Of a stretch of DNA of 64,000 nucleotides, positions 41,108 to 51,945 are shown piece by piece. A program made the translations under genes and the position numbers. The stretch comes from Trichormus sp. ATA11-4-KO1 (lineage in GTDB: Bacteria; Cyanobacteriota; Cyanobacteriia; Cyanobacteriales; Nostocaceae), in NCBI GenBank assembly GCA_019358915.1, contig JAHHIM010000036.1, positions 320,001 through 384,000 on the forward strand, read 5' to 3'. The stretch's first letter is position 1, and each line of letters opens with the position of its first letter. The notes under the pieces are model-generated. The model was not told where the DNA came from. It did not search any database and saw nothing but the letters and a program-made list of their open reading frames with translations.

Positions 41108-41380
41108 TTACACACTATTACTAGAAGCTAGTAATTCATCCAATTGGCCTTGACTTTCTAAAGCGTGGATATCATCACAACCCCCAACATGGCGATCATT
41201 AATAAAAATTTGCGGTAGAGAGCGTCTTCCGTTGGCTCTTTCAGCCATTTTAGAGCGTTCTGCTTCGTTGCCATCAATGCAGTATTCAATAAAATCAACT
41301 TTTTTCTTGTTCAGTAAACTTTTAGCACGGATGCAAAATGGGCAAGTACTCCAAGTGTAAATTTCAACTTTAGCAGCCAT
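41108..41380 (-). CDS. grxC: Glutaredoxin 3
   Basis: CPFC active site, SLPQIFI, GGCDD. Confidence 0.95.
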   Translation of the reverse strand: MAAKVEIYTWSTCPFCIRAKSLLNKKKVDFIEYCIDGNEAERSKMAERANGRRSLPQIFINDRHVGGCDDIHALESQGQLDELLASSNSV

Positions 41381-41510
41381 AACGTCCTCATCTTGATTTA
41401 ATACTTCTTAATTTTAGAACGTTGTTCTTGGCTGTAGCCGCTCTCTGACTAATAAAAAAGCGGAGCTTGTCCGTCAGATATCACTCAACGAAATTAGCAC
41501 CGCTACCTAA

Positions 41511-41629
41511 CTGACTGGAAAAAAATTGGTGTTTTTTTACCTTGGTGGTAAAAAAATCTTCAACCACAAAGACACCAGGACACAAAGAGTTTTTATATGT
41601 TCTGGTGTATGCAGTTTATGTCGGCTACT
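41511..41629 (+). repeat. ~120-bp dispersed repeat, copy 2
   Basis: Aligns with 18958-19076. Confidence 0.8.
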
Positions 41630-41778
41630 TAGTTAACTCCTACAAAATTTGCGGATATTATAATTAAGCCTAAAGCGGAGACTGAAAATTGCCGAATGGT
41701 AGATTTTTTTATTGACCTTGCTGTTTTTTATACCGGAAATTTGACGAACCTTGATATCAACATCTACGGTAGTTTAAT

Positions 41779-42492
41779 TTAAGCTTGTACTAAAGGCTTT
41801 TTCTTTAGTACTCTCACCGCACCCACAACACAGAACCCGAGAGCAGCTATTGTAGCAGGCTCTGGTGTACGTTGAGGAGTTTCAGGAATAGTTACGTAAC
41901 TAGCTTTAAATAACGAAGCATGAGACAAATCTTTCCCTGATTTGCCATTTCCAGCTAGAGAAACGCCGATGGTATTGAAAATTCCTTCTAAACCTGTTTG
42001 AGAGAAATCAATGTTTTGGAATAGATAAGCGCTGTAAGAAGTACCACTCTTGAGACTAATTACAAACGTACTCAGACCACTGTCCAGAGCTTGATCCAAA
42101 CTCCATGTACCAGTGCTAGAGTCATTTTGTGCTTGAAAACCAAACTCATTGTTCTGACTAGAGTCTGATTTTCCCACTAACTCCCAAGTGGCGTTAGTAC
42201 CAACGTTAAACAGACCATTATTCAAATCAGTCAGTAAAGGGTTTCCTGCTCCTGTATCATTACCAGTAAAAGGTCCCTGACAAGCACTAGCACTAACAGA
42301 GCCGATGAATACATCAGTAAGACTACATTTCGCACTAGAAGAAGTTGTAGTGGTATTGGAAGTGGTGCTAGTAGGAGTTGAATTTTTATGAGGATTCTTT
42401 GCTAAAGCCGAGGGAGCTAAGGCGAAACAATAGAGTCCAATTGCAGATGTAATTGATAGACCAAAAACTAATTTGGAAAAAATTTTTGGCAT
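41779..42492 (-). CDS. PEP-CTERM sorting-domain protein
   Basis: Signal peptide, S/T-rich segment, C-terminal TPEPATIAALGFCVVGAVRVLKKK. Confidence 0.9.
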   Translation of the reverse strand: MPKIFSKLVFGLSITSAIGLYCFALAPSALAKNPHKNSTPTSTTSNTTTTSSSAKCSLTDVFIGSVSASACQGPFTGNDTGAGNPLLTDLNNGLFNVGTNATWELVGKSDSSQNNEFGFQAQNDSSTGTWSLDQALDSGLSTFVISLKSGTSYSAYLFQNIDFSQTGLEGIFNTIGVSLAGNGKSGKDLSHASLFKASYVTIPETPQRTPEPATIAALGFCVVGAVRVLKKKPLVQA

Positions 42493-43169
42493 CTTGATTT
42501 TTACCTCTCTTTTAGTTGTTGAAGAGCCAAATCAATAATTTGATAGTCTCTGTTTATACATAACTATTAAAGTATGTTCTAAAAAATTAGATTCGGCTAT
42601 GGATATGAATAAAATTAGTCATATCTTTATTTATTTTTAGTAACTAGTAAAGATTTTAAAAATTGCTATTTTTATTTTTCGTTTAAGTTTATTTAAAATA
42701 AATTTTCAGTCTAAATACTGGAGTTAAATCGTCAAGATTAAGAGTAGTATTTGCGTATACTTAGCAGATAACATGGAGGTAATTAAGTCAAAATATCCCT
42801 AAATCACAAGCCTTTTGAAGCATACATTTGTCTATTCGATAAAATATTTAGCCATTGATATCCTAGAGATATCAAATATATATTAGGAATAATACGTAAT
42901 TATTTTCACTTAAACTAGATAAAAATTCTTTGAAATATATAGTTAAAATCAGTATTTCTATGAAAAATCGCAGGGAATAGGCTGGAAATTTTGATCGCAT
43001 CCGGGCTTTATGGTCAGTTTATATCCTCAGCTACGCAGCAACTGCCATACCTCAAAATAAACTTGTTTTTTTTCGTTACCTAATTGATTTTCTAAAGTAT
43101 ACACGTAATAAATTTTTTATATATTCAGAAGAAATTGAAAGGATAGAATGAACGACCACCCGCCGCTTT

Positions 43170-43203
43170 AGTCATTGGTCATTGGTACTAATGACCAATG
43201 ACT
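43170..43203. terminator. Heptamer-repeat hairpin downstream of hflX
   Basis: AGTCATTGGTCATT / AATGACCAATGACT 14-bp inverted repeat. Confidence 0.55.
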
Positions 43204-43242
43204 CGCGCATCTACAGCTTTTGATGAAAAAAGATGGCAGGAT

Positions 43243-44979
43243 TTAACGAGTATCAACAGCGTATTGAATCAACTGGGTAACCCGTTGGCGTAGAGTTTCT
43301 AATCCCAAGCGCTGACTTGCCGAAATAAACACTGCTAGGGGAAACTCTTCCTGCGCTATGGCTAGTGTTGCACTATCAGCTTGGTCAATCTTGTTAAACA
43401 CAACTAACGCCGGGCCGGGAGTTACTGGCATTTGTGCCAGAATTTCTCTGACCGAGCGAATATGGCTCAACCAAGCCGGATGGGATAAATCCACCAAATG
43501 CAGTAGGGCATCAGCTTCTGTTACTTCTTCTAAGGTGGCACGGAAGGCATCCATTAAGGAAGCAGGCAGTTCATGTATAAATCCTACCGTATCTGTCAGT
43601 AGAATCTCTTGAGGTTCACCAGCCTCGCCGTGAGAAATTGCCAGGCGGCGCGTAGTCGGGTCAAGAGTCGCAAACAATTGGTCGGCTGTATATACTTCAG
43701 CGTTGGTTAGAGCATTTAGCAAGGTAGACTTACCAGCATTGGTATAGCCCACCAAGGCCACCGAAGGTACTTCCCGATGTTGGCGACGTTGACGTAACCG
43801 TGAACGATGAGCCTGCAACTGATTCACTTCTTGTTGTAGTCGGGAAATCCGTCTTTGAATAGCCCGGCGTTCTGTTTCTAGTTTAGTTTCACCAGGGCCA
43901 CGAGTCCCAATACCACCACCTAACCGTGACATGTCCAGACCTCTGCCACTGAGTCGCGGCATCATATATCCTAATTGTGCTAGTTCTACTTGCAATTTAC
44001 CAGCACGGGATTGGGCACGTTGGGCGAAGATATCCAAAATCACTTCAGTGCGGTCAACTACCCGGACACCAATTTTTCTTTCTAGGTTACGGACTTGAGC
44101 GGGCGAGAGATCGCGGTCAAAGACGACGAGATTAGCTCCCATAGTTTGGGCAGTTAGGGCAATTTCCTGCACCTTACCTTCACCAACTACTGTCTGGGGA
44201 TGAATGCGCGATCGCTTTTGTTGAAGTGTTTGTAATACATCGCCGCCAGCAGTATCTACCAACCGTGCTAATTCTGCCAGAGTATCCTGGAATCGTTGGG
44301 GAGATAGATTATCTGTAACTACTCCCACAATTAGCACGCGATCGTGGTCAGCATCTACTTCCTGGGCGACAAATTCTCGCTGGAATTCTGCTTCCAGATT
44401 TTCCACCAAGTCAATAAAGTCTTGTTGTGCCAGCATATCTAAGCTCATAGGCGGCGATACACTAGAGTAAAGTGCCAAGTCTTGATTACTAATTGCTGAT
44501 TGTTGAGTTAAGACTAGCTGTTTAGTATTTGATACTAGGTGAGCCAAATAAGCTTCTTTGACATACCCAGTAGAGCCGCCACCGCGCCTAGTAAATCCCG
44601 TTCCAGTTATATTTAGCACTACTAAGGCATCTAAGCGTTGCAGAGCCATCGCTGTCAATGCCGCTTCATTTGGCGGTTCTGACTTGAGATGAGTGGCAAT
44701 ACAACGAATACCGCTAAGACGTTCTGCACCATAACGGGGCAATTCTAGCGGTGGGATTTGCGTCTGACGCGGTGTCCCTACCCCTACACGAAACACTTGT
44801 CCTCGACGGTTGAGATAGGCACACACAGGCTGATTGATTTCTGTGCTGATTGCTGCCAGACGCTGGGAAAATTCAGGCGTAGTGATGCGATCGCCTGGTA
44901 TGCGCTGGTGGTACAGTCGCTGTAGTTGCTTCAGCTGACTGGATTTTAAACCTTGGAGATTTCCAAAGATAGTTTCTAT
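43243..44979 (-). CDS. hflX: Ribosome-splitting GTPase HflX (long cyanobacterial form)
   Basis: GGGIGTRGPGETKLE, GYTNAGKS, LFATLD, DTVG, NKID; frame stays open 51 codons upstream of the track's GTG, to ATA at 44979. Confidence 0.93.
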   Translation of the reverse strand: METIFGNLQGLKSSQLKQLQRLYHQRIPGDRITTPEFSQRLAAISTEINQPVCAYLNRRGQVFRVGVGTPRQTQIPPLELPRYGAERLSGIRCIATHLKSEPPNEAALTAMALQRLDALVVLNITGTGFTRRGGGSTGYVKEAYLAHLVSNTKQLVLTQQSAISNQDLALYSSVSPPMSLDMLAQQDFIDLVENLEAEFQREFVAQEVDADHDRVLIVGVVTDNLSPQRFQDTLAELARLVDTAGGDVLQTLQQKRSRIHPQTVVGEGKVQEIALTAQTMGANLVVFDRDLSPAQVRNLERKIGVRVVDRTEVILDIFAQRAQSRAGKLQVELAQLGYMMPRLSGRGLDMSRLGGGIGTRGPGETKLETERRAIQRRISRLQQEVNQLQAHRSRLRQRRQHREVPSVALVGYTNAGKSTLLNALTNAEVYTADQLFATLDPTTRRLAISHGEAGEPQEILLTDTVGFIHELPASLMDAFRATLEEVTEADALLHLVDLSHPAWLSHIRSVREILAQMPVTPGPALVVFNKIDQADSATLAIAQEEFPLAVFISASQRLGLETLRQRVTQLIQYAVDTR

Positions 44980-45799
44980 AGGCGTTTCTGACCAGTAAAT
45001 GGCCCCCCGAATCCTTAATTATGTCTATTTTATAACAGAGTTTTGTCTGCAAACTCTATCTTTTGAGGGTTGTAATCTGTCTGCTTGAGGAAATAGTCTC
45101 TGGTGATTGACACACTACAGAAAAATATCGAGAGAATCATCTATCAAACTTAACTCAGTAGTCGTCCTCCGGTAAACTTTTGATTTTTTTCGTGAATCTA
45201 CCCTCTGTTTTCGAGACAAAGGGCTTATTTTTCCTAAATTTCAGGTAGTCTAGTTAACTTAGTTTTAATGAGTAACTGGCACAACTAGATTAGTTTGTAC
45301 TTATCAAACAAGATTGTACGACTGACTAAATAATATCTAGGTTTAATTATGTAATCTATATGACATTTTATTTTATACTCAATGCCTTAGAATAGATTAT
45401 CCCTAAGCGATGAACTTCCGAAAGTCTAGTACTCACCAAAGAAACAGGGCATTTTTGCTTGCACAAGTACATTTCAATATACTGTGCGGTTTCCGAACCT
45501 GAAATTTAAATTCAGTGTATGGGATCACTATGTTCAATCTCAGCAATTAATAAGTTAATAGAATACCATTTTTATATTTTCTTTGTTATTTTGTATTTAA
45601 CGGGACAGTTATTCATCATCTGGTGAGTTTAAATATCAAGTAAGTGAACAGTTTACCAGCAAATTCTATGCAAATTACTCACTATGTGCTTGACCTATTT
45701 CGATTCATAAGCACAATCCAAACTTCCCACATAGATTGCGTGGTAATACTCCCAATTAGCACATAATTGATCAATACAAGGAAATCCTTGCTTAGAACT

Positions 45800-46165
45800 A
45801 TGCTCAAGACAAAGAATCAGCATATTATTCTACCTGCTTTTATTAATACTGTAGAAGTAGGAACAAATCATCCAGTAGGTAGTAGAAATAAATTTACTAA
45901 GCTTAAATTTGATTTACTCCAACCATTACGTAAAAGGCTCGATGAACTCGAAATTCAGAACCGTAATTTTGCTCACTTTATTGCCAAATTAATTCCTTCT
46001 CAATGTCCTTTTGAACGAGATTTGATGCTGTTCGGTCATAAAATCGCCCACATTCCTCCTATGTGTAAGCTCAATCCACTTTATGATGAGTTTGTAGGCT
46101 TGCGCTTTCGGGCTTTGTGTTATTTAGTAGACCAGTGTGGAGAGGATATTCAATCCTACTGCTGA
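45800..46165 (+). CDS. Mo-dependent nitrogenase C-terminal-like domain protein
   Basis: IPSQCPFERD...HIPPMCKLNPLYDEFVGLRFRALCYL motif. Confidence 0.85.
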   Translation: MLKTKNQHIILPAFINTVEVGTNHPVGSRNKFTKLKFDLLQPLRKRLDELEIQNRNFAHFIAKLIPSQCPFERDLMLFGHKIAHIPPMCKLNPLYDEFVGLRFRALCYLVDQCGEDIQSYC

Positions 46166-46187
46166 ATCTAAATAGAGAAAATACAGC

Positions 46188-46460
46188 ATGGAAATTAAAA
46201 TTGAGCATCAACCCAGTGAAAAACGCCTTAGTGAGTTGGGTGTGTCTAAATGGGCAATTTGGCAGAAGGAAGTTTCCCAATTTCCCTGGACTTATGATAC
46301 TCAAGAAACTTGTTACTTTTTGTTAGGCGATGTCATTGTTACACCTGACGGTGGACAACCAGTGCAAGTGGGTAAAGGAGATTTAGTAACTTTTCCTGCT
46401 GGTATGTCCTGTACATGGGAAATTACAAGCGACGTGAAAAAACATTATTGCTTTGATTAG
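46188..46460 (+). CDS. Cupin domain protein (DUF861-like)
   Basis: FPWTYDTQETCY, GDLVTFPAGMSCTW, VKKHY. Confidence 0.9.
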   Translation: MEIKIEHQPSEKRLSELGVSKWAIWQKEVSQFPWTYDTQETCYFLLGDVIVTPDGGQPVQVGKGDLVTFPAGMSCTWEITSDVKKHYCFD

Positions 46461-46540
46461 TCAAGGATCAAGAATCAAGAATTAATTTTTTTGTCTTTTG
46501 GTTTCTTTGATGCTCCAGAATGCAAACATCTCTACAGTGG

Positions 46541-46568
46541 AAGGGACACGGTATTTCCGTGTCCTTTT
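46541..46568. terminator. Hairpin between convergent genes
   Basis: GGACACGG / CCGTGTCC stem followed by TTTT. Confidence 0.55.
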
Positions 46569-46591
46569 GATATTATAGAATTAGGATTCTC

Positions 46592-47437
46592 TTATCGGCT
46601 TCTTCTTTGAAGCGCCCGTTCTACTGTTCCACCTCTACGAAACCGAGAAAGAACGATCACGGCTTCAGATCGAGTCACAGGTTCTTTGGGTGCAAAAATG
46701 CGAGTTTTACCATAGACACGGGCAAAGTTAAAGTTACTAGCACCATTTCCTAAATCAAACGCAATGTGTAGGAGATACTTTTCACTGATTTGATCAGCAT
46801 CAGAGAATCCTTTCGTTCGACCAATAAAAGTGCGAAGTGAATCAGGCGATCGCGCACTTGGTGCAACATTGGCATCTAAGCTTGTTTTGAGGACAATCAT
46901 CTGTTCCCGCGTCAAGGTTTCATCAGGTCTAAAATTGCCATCCTCAAACCCGGCTAAATACCCTGCATTATGAGCTGCTTGGATAAAAGTAAAGTAGCGA
47001 TGAGAATCAGGTACATCAGGAAAAGCTAATTTTGCACCTCGTGCTAGACGAATACGAATGGGATCTCGATGCAGTTCATTGTATGTCTTTATTAACCAAG
47101 CGACGAACTCACCACGAGTAATAGGTGCTAATGGTTGAAACTCGCTAGAAGTGGTTTCGAGTACCCCTAATTCTGCTAATTGCTGGATCTCTTTTTCGCC
47201 ATGAACGCCACTAATATCCGTGAAAGTGGTCAAAGACTTTAACTGGCTAATTTTAAGTTGTTTGCAGCTGGCTAAAGTTTTCACAGAAGAACTTTGGAGA
47301 TCAGTTGGGTTGTAGATGCAACTTGCTAGTTTTGGAGATTGTGCAAAAGCAGAATGACCAATTCCCAGTAATCCTAGGGTAACAATAGTAGCGCTGACTA
47401 AATTTGCCACAGACTGAATATTGAGATACATCATCAT
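46592..47437 (-). CDS. S-layer homology (SLH) domain protein
   Basis: Signal peptide; FTDI..., FPDVP...GFEDGNFRPDETLTREQM, APKEPVTRSEA SLH repeats. Confidence 0.9.
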   Translation of the reverse strand: MMMYLNIQSVANLVSATIVTLGLLGIGHSAFAQSPKLASCIYNPTDLQSSSVKTLASCKQLKISQLKSLTTFTDISGVHGEKEIQQLAELGVLETTSSEFQPLAPITRGEFVAWLIKTYNELHRDPIRIRLARGAKLAFPDVPDSHRYFTFIQAAHNAGYLAGFEDGNFRPDETLTREQMIVLKTSLDANVAPSARSPDSLRTFIGRTKGFSDADQISEKYLLHIAFDLGNGASNFNFARVYGKTRIFAPKEPVTRSEAVIVLSRFRRGGTVERALQRRSR

Positions 47438-47744
47438 TTTCCCTTTAGTCCTCCGTGTTAATGGAGTATGAAAAACAGTTTATTTTGTCCGCCCAAAGGT
47501 CTATATGTGTACATGAGAAGGAATATGCAAAAAATCGGCACAATACCCTTGATTTGGATCTAGCCTTATGCATTCTGGCGATCGCAGGTAAAATTTACCA
47601 AGCAAGACTGGGTTTCATCGTGATTCACTCCATCTCCAAGTCAGAGAGTTCATAATCGTGTTAGTGAGAAGTTAACTATAGAAGACGCTATCCAGCAGAA
47701 TCAGTTGCTTGTTACCGCAATTATAATGAGGATATGCATAAAAA

Positions 47745-48491
47745 ATGTTACTACATTTAAGTACCTGGCAGGAAGTTGAAACTTATCTACAGCAGTCTCA
47801 AGGAATTATCTTTCCTATTGGTTCTACAGAGCAACATGGCCCCACAGGATTAATTGGTACTGATGCTATTTGTGCAGAAGCGATCGCTCGTGGTGTGGGT
47901 GAAGCAACTCAGGCGATGGTTAGCCCGACAATCAACGTGGGGATGGCGTTGCACCATACCGCTTTTCCTGGCACAATCAGTCTTCGCCCCAGCACCTTGA
48001 TTCAGGTAATACGGGACTATGTAACTTGTTTAGCTAAAGCTGGTTTTACTAAGTTCTACTTGATTAACGGACACGGCGGTAACATTGCCACTCTCAAAGC
48101 CGCTTTCTCGGAGACTTACGCCCACTTAGAAGATTTGCAGATTGCCAATGCGGCAAAGGTACAATGTCAAGTTGCTAACTGGTTTATGTGCAGTTCTGTA
48201 TACAAGTTGGCTAAAGAATTATACGGAGACCAAGAAGGCTCTCATGCTACTCCAAGTGAAGTAGCTGTTACTCAATATGTTTATCCAGAGTCAATTAAAC
48301 AAGCACCTCTTGCACCAGAAGTTGCCAGTGGACACAAAATTTATAGTGCAACCAACTTTCGAGTCCGTTACCCAGATGGACGCATGGGTTCAAATCCAGC
48401 TTTAGCAACACCAGAACACGGTAGGCAGTTTTATGATTTGGCGGTGAAAGAACTTAGCAATGGCTATTTAGAATTTTTGAGTGCAGAATGA
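47745..48491 (+). CDS. Creatininase family protein
   Basis: PIGSTEQHGP..GTD, HHTAFPGTISL, NGHGGN, HA...E motifs. Confidence 0.93.
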   Translation: MLLHLSTWQEVETYLQQSQGIIFPIGSTEQHGPTGLIGTDAICAEAIARGVGEATQAMVSPTINVGMALHHTAFPGTISLRPSTLIQVIRDYVTCLAKAGFTKFYLINGHGGNIATLKAAFSETYAHLEDLQIANAAKVQCQVANWFMCSSVYKLAKELYGDQEGSHATPSEVAVTQYVYPESIKQAPLAPEVASGHKIYSATNFRVRYPDGRMGSNPALATPEHGRQFYDLAVKELSNGYLEFLSAE

Positions 48492-48773
48492 ATTTGAGGA
48501 GTTAAGAAACAAACCACAGAGACACAAAGGTCACAGAGTTAGAGAAAAAGAGGATATTTTTAAGATATGTCTCGTCGCCTAGCAAGGTTAATTTGTCATA
48601 GTAATAGGAACTTAGGCACATTTTGAATGCCAAGGTTAGTATAGCCGTAGTCACATAGATTAGGACATTATTGATTGCTCAAAGCACTGAAGCCACTGGG
48701 TTTATACTCAGCACTTTGCTATAGCTAAAATCCAGTTTCATGCAAGCTGATTAATTAGGGTGAACATTAAAAT

Positions 48774-49775
48774 ATGGCTCCAAAAAGTAAGAATCGAGAA
48801 ATACTGATATTGCTACTAACTCTGTTGATTACTGGTGGACTTCTAGGGTTAGTTTTGTGGTATTTCAATTTATTACCTGGACTCATGCAAAGTCCTGGAT
48901 CTTCTCATCAGAATGCATCGCCATCTTTAAATAATGATCAATCTTCTGGCTCTCAACCTAACCCAGTTCAAAGTTTTGATTTAGGAAGTTTAGATACGAG
49001 TTTGCCTAATCCCAATATTTTAACGATTGATGGCAGTGTAACTATAGTTACTCTAGTTAAGCAGTTTCAAATTGCCTATAACTTTTTGAACCCTAACTTA
49101 CCCACAACTTACGGCATACCAGATGGCAGACCCAATGGCACTAATGCCGGACTGAAAAACCTGATCGATGGCAAAGTTTTGATGGCAGCTAGTTCGCGTC
49201 CCCTGAATTCTCATGAATTGCAAGCGGGAATTGTTGGCATACCCATCGCTCGTGATGCTTTAGCTTTAGCTGTAGGTATCAACAACCCTTACAAAGGGGG
49301 ATTAACCATAGAACAATTGAGAGGAATTTTCCTAGGACAAATTACTAATTGGTCAGAGGTGGGTGGGTCGAATCTGCCGATCAAAGTTATTAACCGTTCT
49401 CGCGACAGTGGTACTCATTCATTCTTTCAGGAGGCGGTACTTTCTGGTAAACCTTTTGCACCTGATGGGAAAAATTTTACCACTGTAGCGCAAGATGAAA
49501 CAACACCAATCTTACGGGCTTTAGGTAATGATGGTATTAGCTACAGTACAGTTACCCAAATTGAAAATCAACAAACTGTCCGCATCATTCCCATTAATGG
49601 CATATCGCCCACAGATAAAGCTTTAGTGAAAAACGGTACTTACCCTATTAGTCGAGTTGTTTATTTAGCAGTACCGCGTAAAACCAGCCCAGCCGTCAAG
49701 CAATTTGTTGATTTAGCTCAATCTCCTCCAGGACAACAAGCTGTCCAACGAGCTGGTTTTATTCCCTTGCAGTAG
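48774..49775 (+). CDS. PstS-like phosphate-binding protein
   Basis: IDGSVT, AASSRPL, ARDAL, GQITNWSEVGG, RSRDSGT, GTYPISR motifs; N-terminal TM. Confidence 0.88.
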   Translation: MAPKSKNREILILLLTLLITGGLLGLVLWYFNLLPGLMQSPGSSHQNASPSLNNDQSSGSQPNPVQSFDLGSLDTSLPNPNILTIDGSVTIVTLVKQFQIAYNFLNPNLPTTYGIPDGRPNGTNAGLKNLIDGKVLMAASSRPLNSHELQAGIVGIPIARDALALAVGINNPYKGGLTIEQLRGIFLGQITNWSEVGGSNLPIKVINRSRDSGTHSFFQEAVLSGKPFAPDGKNFTTVAQDETTPILRALGNDGISYSTVTQIENQQTVRIIPINGISPTDKALVKNGTYPISRVVYLAVPRKTSPAVKQFVDLAQSPPGQQAVQRAGFIPLQ

Positions 49776-49795
49776 GAGTAGGGAAATGAATGGTG

Positions 49796-49899
49796 GGCGT
49801 TGCATATTTGCGGGACGAATTGAGCTTTTTGAGCAAGGCTAAAGGTAGATTCTTAGCCCCTTAGCGCGAAACAAAAATCATCCCGTTAACAGCAATACC
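49796..49899. mobile_element. 104-bp MITE-like element with IS1-type ends
   Basis: Left end GGCGTTGCATATTTGCGGGACGAATT; right end (reverse complement) GGTATTGCTGTTAACGGGATGATTT; first 11 nt identical to the IS1 remnant end at 28062. Confidence 0.6.
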
Positions 49900-49906
49900 A
49901 GATTAA

Positions 49907-51298
49907 TTAACTGCGAGCTATACCTTCTTGACGGGCTGCTTGTTGGACAGCAGCAGCAACGGCGGTGACAACTCGGGGATCAAATACCGAAGGAATAATA
50001 TGTTCCCGATGCAAGTCCGAAGGTTTGACCAAAGACGCGATCGCACTGGCTGCTTCTAGATACATGGTGGTAGTAATTGTCTTTGCGCGACAATCTAAAG
50101 CACCACGAAATACTCCCGGAAAAGCCAGGACATTATTAATTTGATTTGGGTAGTCACTACGACCTGTAGCCATGACAGCTACAATTTTACTGACTAATTC
50201 TGGTTGAATTTCGGGAATGGGATTGGCCATGGCAAAGATAATCGGGTCTTTGGCCATTGCTTGCACCATTTCTGGTGTTAAAACTCCTGGTGCGCTTACG
50301 CCAATAAATACATCCGCCCCTTGCATTGCACCTCCCAAAGTACCCTGGGCTTTCACGGCAAATTCTCGCTTTTCTTCGGTCAAATCAGTGCGGCTGGTAG
50401 AAATAATTCCTTTGGAGTCGCACATCCAGATTTTTGTTGCTCCAGCTTTGCTCAGTAGCCGAGCGATCGCTACACCCGCAGCCCCAGCACCGTTAATCAC
50501 AATTCTGATTTCGGCGATTGACTTATGTACTAGTTTTAAGGCGTTAAACAAAGCTGCTAAGGTGACGATTGCTGTACCATGTTGGTCATCGTGAAACACC
50601 GGAATATCTAATTCCTGCCGTAATCTCTTTTCAATTTCAAAGCATCGCGGGGCGGCGATATCTTCTAAATTCACGCCACCAAACACCGGAGCCAAATTTT
50701 TGACTGTCCGGACAATCTCATCTGTATCTTGGGTGTCAAGGCAGATGGGAAAAGCATCTAGCCCGGCAAATTCCTTGAATAGCATGGCTTTCCCTTCCAT
50801 GACTGGTAAGGCCGCAGATGGGCCGAGATTGCCTAAACCCAAAACAGCACTACCATCTGTCACAATAGCTACAGTATTTTGTTTGATGGTTAAATTGTAA
50901 ACTTCCTCTGGGTCTTGCGCGATCGCCGTACAAATCCGACCAACTCCCGGCGTATAAGCCATTGCTAAATCAGAAACACTCTTGAGGGGAATTCTGCTAG
51001 CAATGCTAATTTTGCCACCGCGATGCAAATTAAAGGTGCGATCATAAACACTTAACACTTTAATATCTGGCAATGCTTTGACTGTTTGCACAATCGTTTC
51101 TGCGTGTTCGGTGCTAGACGCATCCACAGTCAGATCACGAGTGGACTCATTACGGGTTTGCTCAATTAAATCGATTTGTCCCAGATTACCACCACTGGTC
51201 GCGATCGCCTGTGTGACTGATGCTAACATTCCCACACGATTGGGAATTTGCAAGCGCAGGGTCAAACTAAAACTAGAGTTAGGAGTTAGGTCTGCCAT
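49907..51298 (-). CDS. NAD(P)-dependent malic enzyme with N-terminal ACT domain
   Basis: AYTPGV, TDGSAVLGLG, MEGKA, NLEDI, FHDDQHGT, GAGAAG, TGRSDYPNQINN. Confidence 0.95.
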   Translation of the reverse strand: MADLTPNSSFSLTLRLQIPNRVGMLASVTQAIATSGGNLGQIDLIEQTRNESTRDLTVDASSTEHAETIVQTVKALPDIKVLSVYDRTFNLHRGGKISIASRIPLKSVSDLAMAYTPGVGRICTAIAQDPEEVYNLTIKQNTVAIVTDGSAVLGLGNLGPSAALPVMEGKAMLFKEFAGLDAFPICLDTQDTDEIVRTVKNLAPVFGGVNLEDIAAPRCFEIEKRLRQELDIPVFHDDQHGTAIVTLAALFNALKLVHKSIAEIRIVINGAGAAGVAIARLLSKAGATKIWMCDSKGIISTSRTDLTEEKREFAVKAQGTLGGAMQGADVFIGVSAPGVLTPEMVQAMAKDPIIFAMANPIPEIQPELVSKIVAVMATGRSDYPNQINNVLAFPGVFRGALDCRAKTITTTMYLEAASAIASLVKPSDLHREHIIPSVFDPRVVTAVAAAVQQAARQEGIARS

Positions 51299-51621
51299 TG
51301 TGATTTTTGATTTTAAGTTTTAGATTTTATATCGAATTTTTCTCAAATCGTGGCAATACTTTGTTAAAAGTTTCCTAAATATGAATCCAACAATGACCAA
51401 AATCTCTAGCTGTGCTTCTTGTAATGAGATCATTGTTAGTGTTACAAAACAAAGTCTGATGCCTTCAAGCATGTTTTCGTAGCCATCCAAAAGCTTACAC
51501 CTGCTAGGTGATGCCAGAGACACTCAGGCTATAGATTAGAGGCTGGGATTCTTACTCAGCACTCGGCGCTTTTTCTAGCTAAGTATTTTGGGAAATGGTT
51601 TAAACTTTTGCTACAAAAAGT

Positions 51622-51834
51622 TTAGCGTCTGGTACCAACACCACTTAATATACCTGCACCAATTGAAAACAGAATGATTGCCCAGACTACGTATGTGGAA
51701 ATTGCCTTAATGACACCAATTCCTAGCAGGAAATAAACCAACGCCGTCATTAAAAAAGCCAGACCAACAGCAACACCAACAATGTATAAAAATCTTCTAG
51801 TCTCTGGATTAGGGGGCTGGTTCACAAATATCAT
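51622..51834 (-). CDS. Small two-TM membrane protein
   Basis: 70 aa, GGAGG RBS, two hydrophobic helices. Confidence 0.7.
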   Translation of the reverse strand: MIFVNQPPNPETRRFLYIVGVAVGLAFLMTALVYFLLGIGVIKAISTYVVWAIILFSIGAGILSGVGTRR

Positions 51835-51945
51835 TCCTCCATCATGCTTGATTGTGATTCCAGAATCACGCCACCCATTTTTACATAATTGAGATGTGTT
51901 GAGAGTTGGAATCTGGGATTCCTGTGTGATTTTTATCTGTTTGAA

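Noticed and set aside
42493..43140. Very AT-rich intergenic tracts (also 5860-6550, 55040-55440, 58350-58900) as foreign DNA or an origin
   Set aside because: Typical of Nostocales promoter regions; no DnaA-box cluster, iterons or coding remnants recognised.
45741..45750. TGGTAATACT as an alternative-sigma (SigJ-like) -10 box
   Set aside because: Imperfect match to a short motif in AT-rich DNA; unsupported without TSS data.
45800..46165. Nitrogenase component
   Set aside because: The family name is historical; there are no nif genes or nitrogenase motifs here.
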